DNA of 25,109 nt from Elusimicrobiota bacterium (GTDB taxonomy: Bacteria > CG03 > SLGR01 > JAGXOG01). The position numbers and the translations under genes were made by a program. Below the pieces are notes generated by a model. It was given only the letters and a program-made list of their open reading frames with translations, ran no database searches and was not told where the DNA came from. Positions 1 through 8,448 of this stretch are shown here, in pieces. Every line of letters starts with the position of its first letter. The stretch's first letter is position 1. Location of the stretch: NCBI GenBank assembly GCA_051745145.1, contig JBNJDT010000019.1, positions 1 through 25,109 on the forward strand, in the 5' to 3' direction.

Positions 1-377
1 TATACTAATACAGTGCAGGTATCAAAACGATGCAGGCACAGCGCAAAAATATAAGATTATGATAGAGGATCTGACCTTACAGGTTTAAAGATCAGTCCCT
101 TTGCCGTGAAAGGGAGGTAAAAATTTAATGACAGAGTTACCGCCGTTTAATAGATATTCAATTTACAGAGTTGCCAGCATATATAAAATCTTTCCACATA
201 CATTGAAAAAAATCACAGGCATGCCTATAAAAAAATATATAAATAATACAGCTATAATTTCAGGTTATATAAACGGGATATCAGCAGTTGAGGGGTAGCT
301 GTAAAATTTTATTTAAATTAAGAGTGTAGCTGGTTTTTTTTGATTGAAAGCTGTAAAAAACAGACGGGAGTAAAATA

Positions 378-1448
378 ATGGATATAAACGAAATTTTAAA
401 AGCCGCTGTCAAGTTCGGGGCATCCGATATACATATAGTTCCCGGACGCAAGCCTTTTTTGAGAATTAACGGAGAAATGAAGAGTTTAAAGACAGATGTC
501 TTAACTCCGTCGAATACCAAGGAACTTATCTTTGGATTTTTAAATAAAAATCTCCTGAAAAAATTTAAGACAAATAATGAGCTGGACACCTCGATAAGTG
601 TCTCCGGTATAGGCCGGTTCAGAGTGAATGTACTGGAACAAAAAGACGGAATCGGAGCTGTTTTGAGAGTAATACCCTCCCATATTCCCAAACCCCGGGA
701 TATAGGTATAGACGACAGGTTACTTGAATTAACTAAAGTGCCCAGGGGAATGGTTTTAGTTACCGGACCTACAGGCAGCGGAAAATCAACTACTCTGGCC
801 AGTTTAATAAATGATATTAATCAAAACCGGAGAGATCATATAATTACAATTGAAGATCCGATAGAGTATGTCTACCCTCAGAAAAAATGCGTAATAACTC
901 AAAGAGAAGTGGGAAGTCATTCAAGCTCTTTTAAGGAAGCTCTTAAGAGGGCAATGAGACAGGACCCGGATGTCTGTCTGGTGGGAGAGATGAGAGACCT
1001 GGAGACAATCTCCTCGGCCCTGACCCTGGCGGAAACGGGACATCTGGTATTTGCTACGCTCCACACAACAGATGCCGCCCAGACAGTAGATAGAATTATT
1101 GATGTATTCCCCCCCTACCAGCAGCAGCAGGTCCGTACCCAGATGGCCGGAGTTTTAAAAGCCGTTATATGTCAGCAGCTTATGGCCACTGCGGATGGAA
1201 AAGGCAGAGTGGCGGCCAGGGAGGTAATGATAGTAACGCCGGGCATTGCCAACCTTATCCGGGACGGAAAGTCTCATCAGATATACAGCGCACTGGAAAC
1301 CGGGCAGCAGGCCGGCAACCGTACTCTGGATAAAGATTTAGTCAGGCTGGTAAAGGCGAGAAAGATAACCCGGGAAGCAGCCATAACAAAATCCAATAAT
1401 CCTAAAATTATCCGAAAACAGCTTCAGGGCACGGGAGGATTCAGATGA
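378..1448 (+). CDS. pilT: Type IV pilus retraction (twitching motility) ATPase PilT
   Basis: GASDIH N-terminus, Walker A GPTGSGKST, Asp box ITIEDPIE, Walker B region RQDPDVCLVGEMRD, His box TGHLVFATLH, and an AIRNLIRE-like motif (GIANLIRD). GGGAG RBS upstream. Confidence 0.93.
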   Translation: MDINEILKAAVKFGASDIHIVPGRKPFLRINGEMKSLKTDVLTPSNTKELIFGFLNKNLLKKFKTNNELDTSISVSGIGRFRVNVLEQKDGIGAVLRVIPSHIPKPRDIGIDDRLLELTKVPRGMVLVTGPTGSGKSTTLASLINDINQNRRDHIITIEDPIEYVYPQKKCVITQREVGSHSSSFKEALKRAMRQDPDVCLVGEMRDLETISSALTLAETGHLVFATLHTTDAAQTVDRIIDVFPPYQQQQVRTQMAGVLKAVICQQLMATADGKGRVAAREVMIVTPGIANLIRDGKSHQIYSALETGQQAGNRTLDKDLVRLVKARKITREAAITKSNNPKIIRKQLQGTGGFR

Positions 1449-2317
1449 TAGAAAAGTTAAAGGAGCTAAAGGCTTTTAAGATATTTCCCGACGATATACT
1501 CCGGGCTATGTCTAATTTTATTGTAATAGAAAATTTTTCTGCCGGGGAAATTATTTTCAGGGAGGGCAAGCCTGGCAGTGCCAGTTATATAATAGGGAAA
1601 GGGCAAATTGCAGTAAAAAAACAGAAAAAACTTTTGGGAGTATTTACAAAAGGAGATATGTTTGGGGAGATGGCTCTATATGAGGCTCCGGTCCGCAGCG
1701 CCACAGCTATAGCAAAGACGGATACAACTTTATATAAATTAAATAATAAAAGTTTTAAAGAGTTCATTTTCAAACACACGGAAACCGGGGTCCAGTTTTT
1801 GTTTAACAATATAAAAGAGATGTCCGAGAGATTGAGGCGCACTTCCCGGTATTTTATAATGGTTTACGAAACGGGAAAATTGGTGGGCCAGGAAATATCT
1901 CTGAAAAAACTTACCCGGAAAATACTGAGTATTTTATCTGACGGAATTGACGGCATTACCGGGGGGGCGGTTTTTATCAAAAATCCTTTTACGGAGTTGT
2001 ACCAGCCGGTTTTTAAAACAGAAGACAGTACCTTAAAAAATAAAAAAATAGAAGAGCTGGTAAATAGTTCCCGGGAAAAATTCACCTATCAGGAAGGGGA
2101 CCGTTATATTCTGGGAACTTCCATGGCGGCCGATGATAAAATACTGGGGTATATTGTACTGGAAAAAGATAAGAAAACAGGTAACTTTACAATTGAAGAT
2201 GAAATAATTTTAAATACGGTCTGCAACCAGGTAGGCTTGGGAATTATAAAATCATTCAAGAAACAGGAAGATAAAAACCGGGAAAAACTGTCCCGGAGAA
2301 AAAACTGGAGTTATTAG
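1445..2317 (+). CDS. Cyclic nucleotide-binding domain protein with a C-terminal GAF-like domain
   Basis: IIFREG...YII..G...FGEMALY..PVRSATA is a cNMP-binding cassette. The C-terminal LGYIVLE...FTIEDEIILNTVCNQVGLGI resembles the end of a GAF domain. ATGA overlap with the pilT stop. Confidence 0.8.
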   Translation: MIEKLKELKAFKIFPDDILRAMSNFIVIENFSAGEIIFREGKPGSASYIIGKGQIAVKKQKKLLGVFTKGDMFGEMALYEAPVRSATAIAKTDTTLYKLNNKSFKEFIFKHTETGVQFLFNNIKEMSERLRRTSRYFIMVYETGKLVGQEISLKKLTRKILSILSDGIDGITGGAVFIKNPFTELYQPVFKTEDSTLKNKKIEELVNSSREKFTYQEGDRYILGTSMAADDKILGYIVLEKDKKTGNFTIEDEIILNTVCNQVGLGIIKSFKKQEDKNREKLSRRKNWSY

Positions 2318-2358
2318 CACCTGCTCTATGAAAAAATTTTAGATTAGGTGCCGGTATT

Positions 2359-3096
2359 TTGGCAGATTTAATAAGAAAATACAGGGACAGGGTAACCGGG
2401 GGCAGTTTAAATACTTACCGGGTCAGTATAAAAGAATCCGATCTTTTTATTTCCACAGAAGGAAAGTACATAGAGGAGAGTTTGAATTTCCTGACCTCAG
2501 CCCGCCGCAAACTTGAAACATATATTAAAAAGAATCCTTCCTTTAAAAAGTCAACTGTGCCGCTTAAAATTTCTGACAATATGCCGGATATTGTAAAGAA
2601 GATGACCATGGCCTCTTTAAGATGCGAAGTAGGTCCTATGGCCGCTGTGGCCGGGGCCGTGGCCGGGTACGTAGGGAAGAAACTGGAAAAATATTCCGGG
2701 GAAGTTATAGTGGAAAACGGGGGGGACATTTTCCTAAAATTAAAACGGGAAAGAGTAAGCGCGATTTATGCCGGGGATTCACCTCTTAATATGAAAATCG
2801 GAGTGAAGCTCCCTCCCAAAAAAGAAAGTTACGGACTGTGTACTTCTTCGGGAACAGTGGGACACTCCGATTCGGGGGGAAATGCCGATGCGGTAATCTG
2901 TATGGGAAAAGATACCCCCCTCAGCGATGCGGCTGCCACAAGAATATGCAATTCTGTAATTAATCCTGATGATATACAAAAGGGGCTGGATCTTTCGAAG
3001 AAAATAGACGGAATTAAAGGCTGTCTTATTATTTTTAACGATAAAATGGGGGCCGTGGGAGATATTGAAATTTGCAATTTAAGCCAGATGAAATAA
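2359..3096 (+). CDS. UPF0280 / COG2122 ApbE-superfamily protein (MA1715-like, linked to sulfide assimilation)
   Basis: Motifs VGPMAAVAGAVA, VIVENGGDI, CTSSGTVGHS and DAAAT..CN. TTG start. Adjacent to DUF39 and NIL-ferredoxin, the usual context for this family. Confidence 0.88.
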   Translation: MADLIRKYRDRVTGGSLNTYRVSIKESDLFISTEGKYIEESLNFLTSARRKLETYIKKNPSFKKSTVPLKISDNMPDIVKKMTMASLRCEVGPMAAVAGAVAGYVGKKLEKYSGEVIVENGGDIFLKLKRERVSAIYAGDSPLNMKIGVKLPPKKESYGLCTSSGTVGHSDSGGNADAVICMGKDTPLSDAAATRICNSVINPDDIQKGLDLSKKIDGIKGCLIIFNDKMGAVGDIEICNLSQMK

Positions 3097-3171
3097 AATA
3101 GATAAAATAGATTATTGAAAGTATAAGCGATTAAATTACATATAATATTTAATTAATGTAAGGAGTTTAAA

Positions 3172-4371
3172 ATGGGTAAGACTATAAAAGAGATTAATAA
3201 TAAGATAAAACAGGGCGACGCTCTTGTGGTTACCGCCGATGAGATGGTTGATATAGTAGAAGATGAGGGCGTGAGCAAGGCATCCCGGAAGGTAGATGTT
3301 GTAACTACCGGGACTTTCGGCCCTATGTGTTCCTCTGGAGTTTTTCTTAATTTCGGACATCCCCGGCCAAAAATGAAGATGCAGGAAGTGTATCTCAATG
3401 ATGTGAGGGCCCATGCCGGACTTGCGGCGGTGGATGTCTACCTGGGAGCGACCCAGATGAGCGAGAAAGATTCATTGAACAGAGTTCACCCGGGAAATTT
3501 TTTATACGGCGGCGGTCATGTCATACAGGATTTAATCGAGGGAAAAGAAATAACTTTAAAAAGCAGCGCCTACGGAACGGATTGTTATCCCCGGACGGAA
3601 GTGGAAGCCCAAATAACCCTCAATGACCTCAATGAGGCGATAATGCATAATCCCCGGAACGCATATCAAAATTATAACTGCGCGGTAAATGTCTCCGATG
3701 AGACGATTTATACCTATATGGGAAAACTGAAACCCGGTCTGGGCAATGCCAATTACTGTTCGGCCGGCCAGCTGTCCCCCCTTTTAAATGATCCGGAGTT
3801 TAAGACCATGGGAATAGGTACAAAAATATTTTTAGGAGGAGCTACAGGGTATATAACCTGGAACGGCACCCAGCATGTTACGGATGTCCCCAGAAATAAA
3901 GTGGGCATACCCAAGGCCCCGGCCGGTACTTTAACGGTAACCGGGGATTTAAAACAGATGTCCTCCAAATGGATTAAAGGCGTATCTATGATGGGGTACG
4001 GAGTGAGTTTGATGGTGGGCATAGGGATCCCCATACCTGTAATTAATGAAGAAGTGGCCGCCAGCTGCGGGGCCTCGGATAAGGATATTGAATGCCCCAT
4101 AGTTGATTACTCAAGCGATTATCCGGCGGCGAACGGAAAAACCCTGGGATCTGTAAATTATGAAGAGTTAAAATCGGGAGAGATTGAAATAGAGGGCCAA
4201 AAAGTGCCCACGGCATCTCTATCATCCTACTACCGGGCTACTCAGATAGCTAAGATATTAAAGGATAATATAACGGCCGGTGACTTTCTCCTGGGAGAGC
4301 CCCAGAAGATGATTCCCGGACCCGGCCAGACAGAAAGTTTTAAAAGTTTAAAAATCAGTAATAATGAATAA
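3172..4371 (+). CDS. DUF39/COG1900 homocysteine biosynthesis protein (L-aspartate semialdehyde sulfurtransferase, MA1821/MJ0100-like) without CBS domains
   Basis: KTIKEINNKI start, VDVVTTGTFGPMCSSG, YGGGHVI, GTDCYP, NPRNAYQNY and AGQLSPLLNDP. AAGGAG RBS. Confidence 0.9.
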   Translation: MGKTIKEINNKIKQGDALVVTADEMVDIVEDEGVSKASRKVDVVTTGTFGPMCSSGVFLNFGHPRPKMKMQEVYLNDVRAHAGLAAVDVYLGATQMSEKDSLNRVHPGNFLYGGGHVIQDLIEGKEITLKSSAYGTDCYPRTEVEAQITLNDLNEAIMHNPRNAYQNYNCAVNVSDETIYTYMGKLKPGLGNANYCSAGQLSPLLNDPEFKTMGIGTKIFLGGATGYITWNGTQHVTDVPRNKVGIPKAPAGTLTVTGDLKQMSSKWIKGVSMMGYGVSLMVGIGIPIPVINEEVAASCGASDKDIECPIVDYSSDYPAANGKTLGSVNYEELKSGEIEIEGQKVPTASLSSYYRATQIAKILKDNITAGDFLLGEPQKMIPGPGQTESFKSLKISNNE

Positions 4372-4427
4372 AAGAATTAAAAAACCGTCAAAAAGAGATA
4401 TTAAAAAGTGGTTGGAGGATAAATAGT

Positions 4428-4835
4428 ATGAAGGATAAAAAAATAGTTCTTCATTTTCCCCGGAGTCTGGTAAATGAAGCTATAGTGTATAAACTTATTA
4501 AGGAATATAATTTAAGTTTTAATATTCTCAAAGCTCAGATATTACCCGATCAGGAAGGGCTTATGGTAATGGAATTAAAAGGTAAGGAGAGTGACTATAA
4601 AGCCGGACTGGCATATTTGAAAAAATCGGGAGTGTCCATTCAGTCTTTGGCCAAAGATATAAAAAGGGATGAGGATAAGTGCACTCACTGCGGAGCATGT
4701 GTGGTTATATGCCCCACGGACGCCCTGGAGCTGGATAGAGATACCCGGGAGGTTGTTTTTAACTCCGATAGCTGTATAGCCTGTGAGCTGTGCATTGAAC
4801 CCTGCCCTCCGAAAGCGATGGAACTGCACTTTTAG
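4428..4835 (+). CDS. NIL-domain 2x[4Fe-4S] ferredoxin (MA1822-like partner of DUF39)
   Basis: FNILKA NIL motif, then CTHCGACVVICP and CIACELCIEPCP. GGAGG RBS. Confidence 0.9.
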   Translation: MKDKKIVLHFPRSLVNEAIVYKLIKEYNLSFNILKAQILPDQEGLMVMELKGKESDYKAGLAYLKKSGVSIQSLAKDIKRDEDKCTHCGACVVICPTDALELDRDTREVVFNSDSCIACELCIEPCPPKAMELHF

Positions 4836-4850
4836 AAAGGAAAAAATAAA

Positions 4851-5621
4851 ATGATAGATGAAATAAAAGTAACTAAATCAATAATTAATAACGCCGTAGA
4901 GGAATTGCTGGATAATCTGGATGTGGACGTAATAATTGGCGGCGGAGGCCCCTCGGGACTGGTGGCCTCTAAGTACCTGGCAGATGCCGGTAAAGATGTA
5001 GTCTTATTTGAAAGAAAACTTTCTCTTGGCGGGGGAATGTGGGGGGGAGGAATGATGTTTCCTAAAATAGTTGTCCAGCCCGAAGCAGAAGAGATATTGG
5101 ATGATTTTAATATAAATTATAAGGAAGAAGACGGTCAGCTTGTCTCTTCGTCAATAGAAGCGGTTTCTAAATTAATAGCCGGTAGCGCGGACGCCGGCTG
5201 CCACTTGAATAACTGTATATCGGTGGAAGATGTATTGATCCGCCAGGACCGGGTTTGCGGAGTTGTAATAAACTGGACTACTGTTGAATTATCGGGTCTG
5301 CATGTTGACCCTGTAGCCGTAAAATCGGAGTTTGTTATAGAAGCTACCGGTCATCCGCTGGAAATATGCAAGGTAGTGGAGTCAAAAACAGGAGATTTAA
5401 ATACTTCTACCGGTAAAATTATCGGGGAAAGATCCATGTGGGCGGATAAGGCCGAGTCCGTAGTGGTGGACAATACCAATGAGATTTATCCCGGTCTTTA
5501 TGTGTGCGGCATGGCCGCCAATGCGGCTTACGGAGCACCCAGGATGGGCCCGATTTTCGGGGGAATGCTGTTGTCCGGAAAAGAAGCCGCCCGTTCTATA
5601 CTCCATAAATTAGATAATTAA
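4851..5621 (+). CDS. thi4: Sulfide-dependent (non-Cys) adenosine diphosphate thiazole synthase Thi4
   Basis: GGGPSGL dinucleotide fold, GGGMWGGG, LHVDP (His where suicide THI4s have Cys), ATGH and PRMGPIFGGMLLSG. Confidence 0.93.
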   Translation: MIDEIKVTKSIINNAVEELLDNLDVDVIIGGGGPSGLVASKYLADAGKDVVLFERKLSLGGGMWGGGMMFPKIVVQPEAEEILDDFNINYKEEDGQLVSSSIEAVSKLIAGSADAGCHLNNCISVEDVLIRQDRVCGVVINWTTVELSGLHVDPVAVKSEFVIEATGHPLEICKVVESKTGDLNTSTGKIIGERSMWADKAESVVVDNTNEIYPGLYVCGMAANAAYGAPRMGPIFGGMLLSGKEAARSILHKLDN

Positions 5622-5663
5622 TTATCGCTGAATGCGTGTTTAGGATAAGGGGAGCGTAGCCTA

Positions 5664-6494
5664 TTGATACTTAAGCTTATTGTTAGAAGCGGGGTAGTAT
5701 TAGCAGTCTTAACTCTGCTTCTTTGGGGGTTTGTAAGATTATACCAGGCCAGGGGGGTATATTTTCCTTCTTCGGAAATTACCGGAACACCTTCCGATGT
5801 TCAGCTTAAATTTAAAGAGATAAATTTTAATTCATTAGACGGCATTTCCCTTTCGGGCTGGTATATACCCCGGCCGGAAAGCAGCAAGGTTCTTCTTTAC
5901 CTGCACGGCAATGCCGGAAATATAGGTCACCGCCTGGAAAAACTAAAGATACTCAGCGAACTGGATCTTAATATATTTATATTTGATTACCGGGGGTACG
6001 GAAAGAGCGGGGGCAGTCCTACAGAGGAAGGGCTTTACAGGGACGCCCGGGCGGCTTACAGTTATCTTAAGGAGGAACTGGAGTACAGACCGGAGAATAT
6101 TGTAATATACGGCAAATCTTTAGGGGGAAATGTGGCCATTGATCTTGGGGGGAGGGTCGGCGAAGGAATTTTAATATCGGAGAGTGCTTTTACCGGTGCC
6201 GTGGATATGGGAAAACTTATACTCCCCTTTGTTCCCCGCTCTGTTTTAGATCTTTTTGTTACCCTGGATTACAATTCTTTAGAAAAGATAAAAGAGGTGG
6301 AAATTCCCAAGCTTATAATTCACGCCAGAGATGACCGGATAACTCCTTATTTTATGGGAGAACAGCTATTTGAAGCCGCTGCCGAACCCAAGGAATTTTA
6401 CAGTATGCAGGGGGGACATAATCAGATTGCCTACCGGGAGTTGATGAAATGGCAGACCCGCATAGACAAATTTATAAAAAATAATACAGAATAA
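5664..6494 (+). CDS. Membrane-anchored alpha/beta hydrolase (YfhR/Bem46-like)
   Basis: N-terminal hydrophobic helix, YLHGNAGN, FDYRGYGKS, nucleophile elbow GKSLGG, acid in HARDD and catalytic His in GGHN. Confidence 0.88.
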   Translation: MILKLIVRSGVVLAVLTLLLWGFVRLYQARGVYFPSSEITGTPSDVQLKFKEINFNSLDGISLSGWYIPRPESSKVLLYLHGNAGNIGHRLEKLKILSELDLNIFIFDYRGYGKSGGSPTEEGLYRDARAAYSYLKEELEYRPENIVIYGKSLGGNVAIDLGGRVGEGILISESAFTGAVDMGKLILPFVPRSVLDLFVTLDYNSLEKIKEVEIPKLIIHARDDRITPYFMGEQLFEAAAEPKEFYSMQGGHNQIAYRELMKWQTRIDKFIKNNTE

Positions 6495-6518
6495 CAGTCC
6501 TTATTAAATTCTTAAAAT

Positions 6519-6547
6519 TTGACAAAGATGGTCAATGAATATAAAAT
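6519..6547 (+). promoter_or_regulatory. Sigma70-type promoter of the rib operon
   Basis: TTGACA (6519-6524), 17-nt spacer, TAAAAT (6542-6547), about 40 nt upstream of the FMN aptamer. Confidence 0.75.
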
Positions 6548-6587
6548 TATAAAAATTAGGAAATTTTATTAAAAATAAAATTTTTAG

Positions 6588-6719
6588 AATAACTTCGGGA
6601 TCGGGTGAAATACCCGGCCGGCGGTGATGGGAAATCAGCCTTAGTCCGCGACTCTGTATAAAACAGATTGAATCCGTGAGAAACGGATACCGACGGTGAA
6701 AGTCCGGAAGGGAGAAGAA
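6588..6719 (+). ncRNA. FMN riboswitch (RFN element)
   Basis: CTTCGGG..GGGTGAAATACCC..CCGGCGGT...AGTCCGCGA...CCGTGAGAAACGG..CCGACGGT.AAAGTCCGGA.GGGAGAAG follows the RFN consensus and lies directly upstream of ribD. Confidence 0.95.
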
Positions 6720-6742
6720 AAATATAAAGGAAAAGAAAAAAC

Positions 6743-6769
6743 CCGGAGTCAGAAAACTCCGGTTTTTTT
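6743..6769 (+). terminator. Intrinsic terminator forming the FMN riboswitch expression platform
   Basis: CCGGAGT-cagaaa-ACTCCGG followed by T7. The aptamer 5' strand CTTCGGG (6593-6599) can pair with CCCGGAG (6742-6748) as an antiterminator. Confidence 0.88.
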
Positions 6770-6796
6770 ATACTGTACCGGCAGGGAAAATTAACA

Positions 6797-7882
6797 ATGA
6801 TATCAGATATTTATTTTATGAAAAAAGCGTTGGAGCAGGGCCGCAGGGGCACTAATCTTACCCGCACTAATCCCCGGACGGGGTGTGTCATAGTTAAAGA
6901 CGGCCGGATAATAGGCCGGGGGTACCATAAAAGATACGGGGGCCCCCACGCCGAAATTAACGCCCTTAAAGACGCCTCCACGGATATAACCGGTTCTACA
7001 ATGTTTGTAACTTTAGAACCCTGCACCCATACCGGCAAAACCGGTCCCTGCGCTGCGAAGATAGTCGAGCGGGGTATAAGCAGAGTGGTAGTGGGTATGG
7101 AAGATCCCGACCCCCGGATAGAAGGCATAAAATTTTTAAAAGAGAACGGAGTAGAAGTAGAATCGGAAGTCTTAAAAGAGGATGCCCGGGATTTAATAAA
7201 AGACTACCTTAAATGGTTTAAGTACCAAAAACCCTATGTCATTTTAAAGTCCGCTCTCTCCTGGGACGGTAAAATAGCTACCAGAACCGGGGACAGCAAC
7301 TGGATTTCTTCGGAGGATTCTCGAAATTTTACTATGAAAATGAGAGGTAATGTCGGTGCAATTCTGGCAGGCAGGGGGACTGTTAACTCTGACAATCCGG
7401 GGTTGACTTACAGATTGGATACCCCTGAAGCCGATAACCCTTTAAGGGTAGTGATAGACGGAAAATTAAAAATTAAAGAGTCGGTGAATCTCATAGGAAA
7501 GGGGACTTTGATAGTAACTTCTCCCGAGGTCGATATCGAGAAAAAAGAGAGACTTAAAGACAGGGGCTGCCGGATAGTTGAGATATCCCCGGACAGCCGG
7601 GGAAAGCTGCCCCCTGAGCAGATACTCAAAGAACTGGCGAAAAATAACATAAAATCCTGTCTTATAGAGGGAGGGGGAACTACAGCGGGTAGCTTTATTA
7701 GGGCCGGGGAAGTGGACAGGGTGGTATTTATATACGGCTCAAAAATTATAGGGGGCAAAGATGCTCCCACGGCGGTTGATGGGGAAGGGTTTAAAAAACT
7801 GGATGAAGCTTTGAAACTTAAAAATATAGAGCGGTTCAGTATAGGCAGAGATTTTGTTATGCAGGGGGATATCATACAGTAA
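6797..7882 (+). CDS. ribD: Bifunctional pyrimidine deaminase/reductase RibD
   Basis: HAE and TLEPCTHTGKTGPC zinc motifs. Reductase motifs SWDGKIA, SNWIS, DNPGL and LIEGGG. Confidence 0.96.
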   Translation: MISDIYFMKKALEQGRRGTNLTRTNPRTGCVIVKDGRIIGRGYHKRYGGPHAEINALKDASTDITGSTMFVTLEPCTHTGKTGPCAAKIVERGISRVVVGMEDPDPRIEGIKFLKENGVEVESEVLKEDARDLIKDYLKWFKYQKPYVILKSALSWDGKIATRTGDSNWISSEDSRNFTMKMRGNVGAILAGRGTVNSDNPGLTYRLDTPEADNPLRVVIDGKLKIKESVNLIGKGTLIVTSPEVDIEKKERLKDRGCRIVEISPDSRGKLPPEQILKELAKNNIKSCLIEGGGTTAGSFIRAGEVDRVVFIYGSKIIGGKDAPTAVDGEGFKKLDEALKLKNIERFSIGRDFVMQGDIIQ

Positions 7883-8448
7883 TGTTTACCGGACTTGTAG
7901 AAGATAAAGGCAAAGTCATAGATATAGGGCGGGGTAATTTAACGGTAAGGACAAAGCTGGATGACATATCCACCGGGGACAGTCTCATGGTAAACGGTGT
8001 ATGTCTTACAGTAGTTAAAAAAGAATCTAAAAATATTTCCGTGGATATGGGAAGCGAGACCCGGCGGGTGACATCCCTGTCCGGTTTAAGTAAGAACGAG
8101 CCCGTTAATCTGGAGCGGGCCTTAAAGTTAACCGATCGCATGGGGGGACATTTTGTCTACGGACATGTCTGGGAAACCGGTAAGCTGCTTTCAAAAAGTA
8201 AAAAGAAGAATACTCTTATTTTAAAAATACAGGCCCGGAGAAGTTTTATACAAAATTTAATGGAAAAAGGTTCGGTAGCGGTTGAAGGAATTTCTCTTAC
8301 CGTAAACGAGACGGCAAAGAATTTTTTTTCCGTGGGAATAATACCGGAGACTTTAAAAAGGACCAATCTGAAAGAGAAAAAGAAAGGAGACCCGTTGAAT
8401 CTTGAGCCGGATATGTTACTGGCGGCGGGGAAAAAATATGGAAAATAA
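7882..8448 (+). CDS. ribE: Riboflavin synthase (alpha chain)
   Basis: MFTGLVE N-terminus, [29 protein letters not shown] and NLEPD. Confidence 0.95.
   Translation: MFTGLVEDKGKVIDIGRGNLTVRTKLDDISTGDSLMVNGVCLTVVKKESKNISVDMGSETRRVTSLSGLSKNEPVNLERALKLTDRMGGHFVYGHVWETGKLLSKSKKKNTLILKIQARRSFIQNLMEKGSVAVEGISLTVNETAKNFFSVGIIPETLKRTNLKEKKKGDPLNLEPDMLLAAGKKYGK

Noticed and set aside
2..88. Open frame ILIQCRYQNDAGTAQKYKIMIEDLTLQV* as the possible 3' end of an upstream gene
   Set aside because: Too short and has no recognisable motif; cannot be supported without the upstream sequence.
30..180. Fragments reminiscent of c-di-GMP-I or glycine riboswitches (GCACAG.GCAAA, GACAGAG, GTTACCG)
   Set aside because: The required stems and conserved cores cannot be assembled.
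4836..4850. TPP riboswitch upstream of thi4
   Set aside because: The gap is only 15 bp and no TPP consensus is visible here or in the 4372-4427 gap.
6588..6719. FMN riboswitch as an altered-ligand variant (GGAAG instead of GGATG near the 3' end)
   Set aside because: It controls a complete rib operon with a normal terminator, so canonical FMN sensing is the simplest reading.
7882..8448. Short riboflavin synthase as a possible pseudogene
   Set aside because: Both barrel repeats and the MFTG start are intact; only the C-terminal tail is short.
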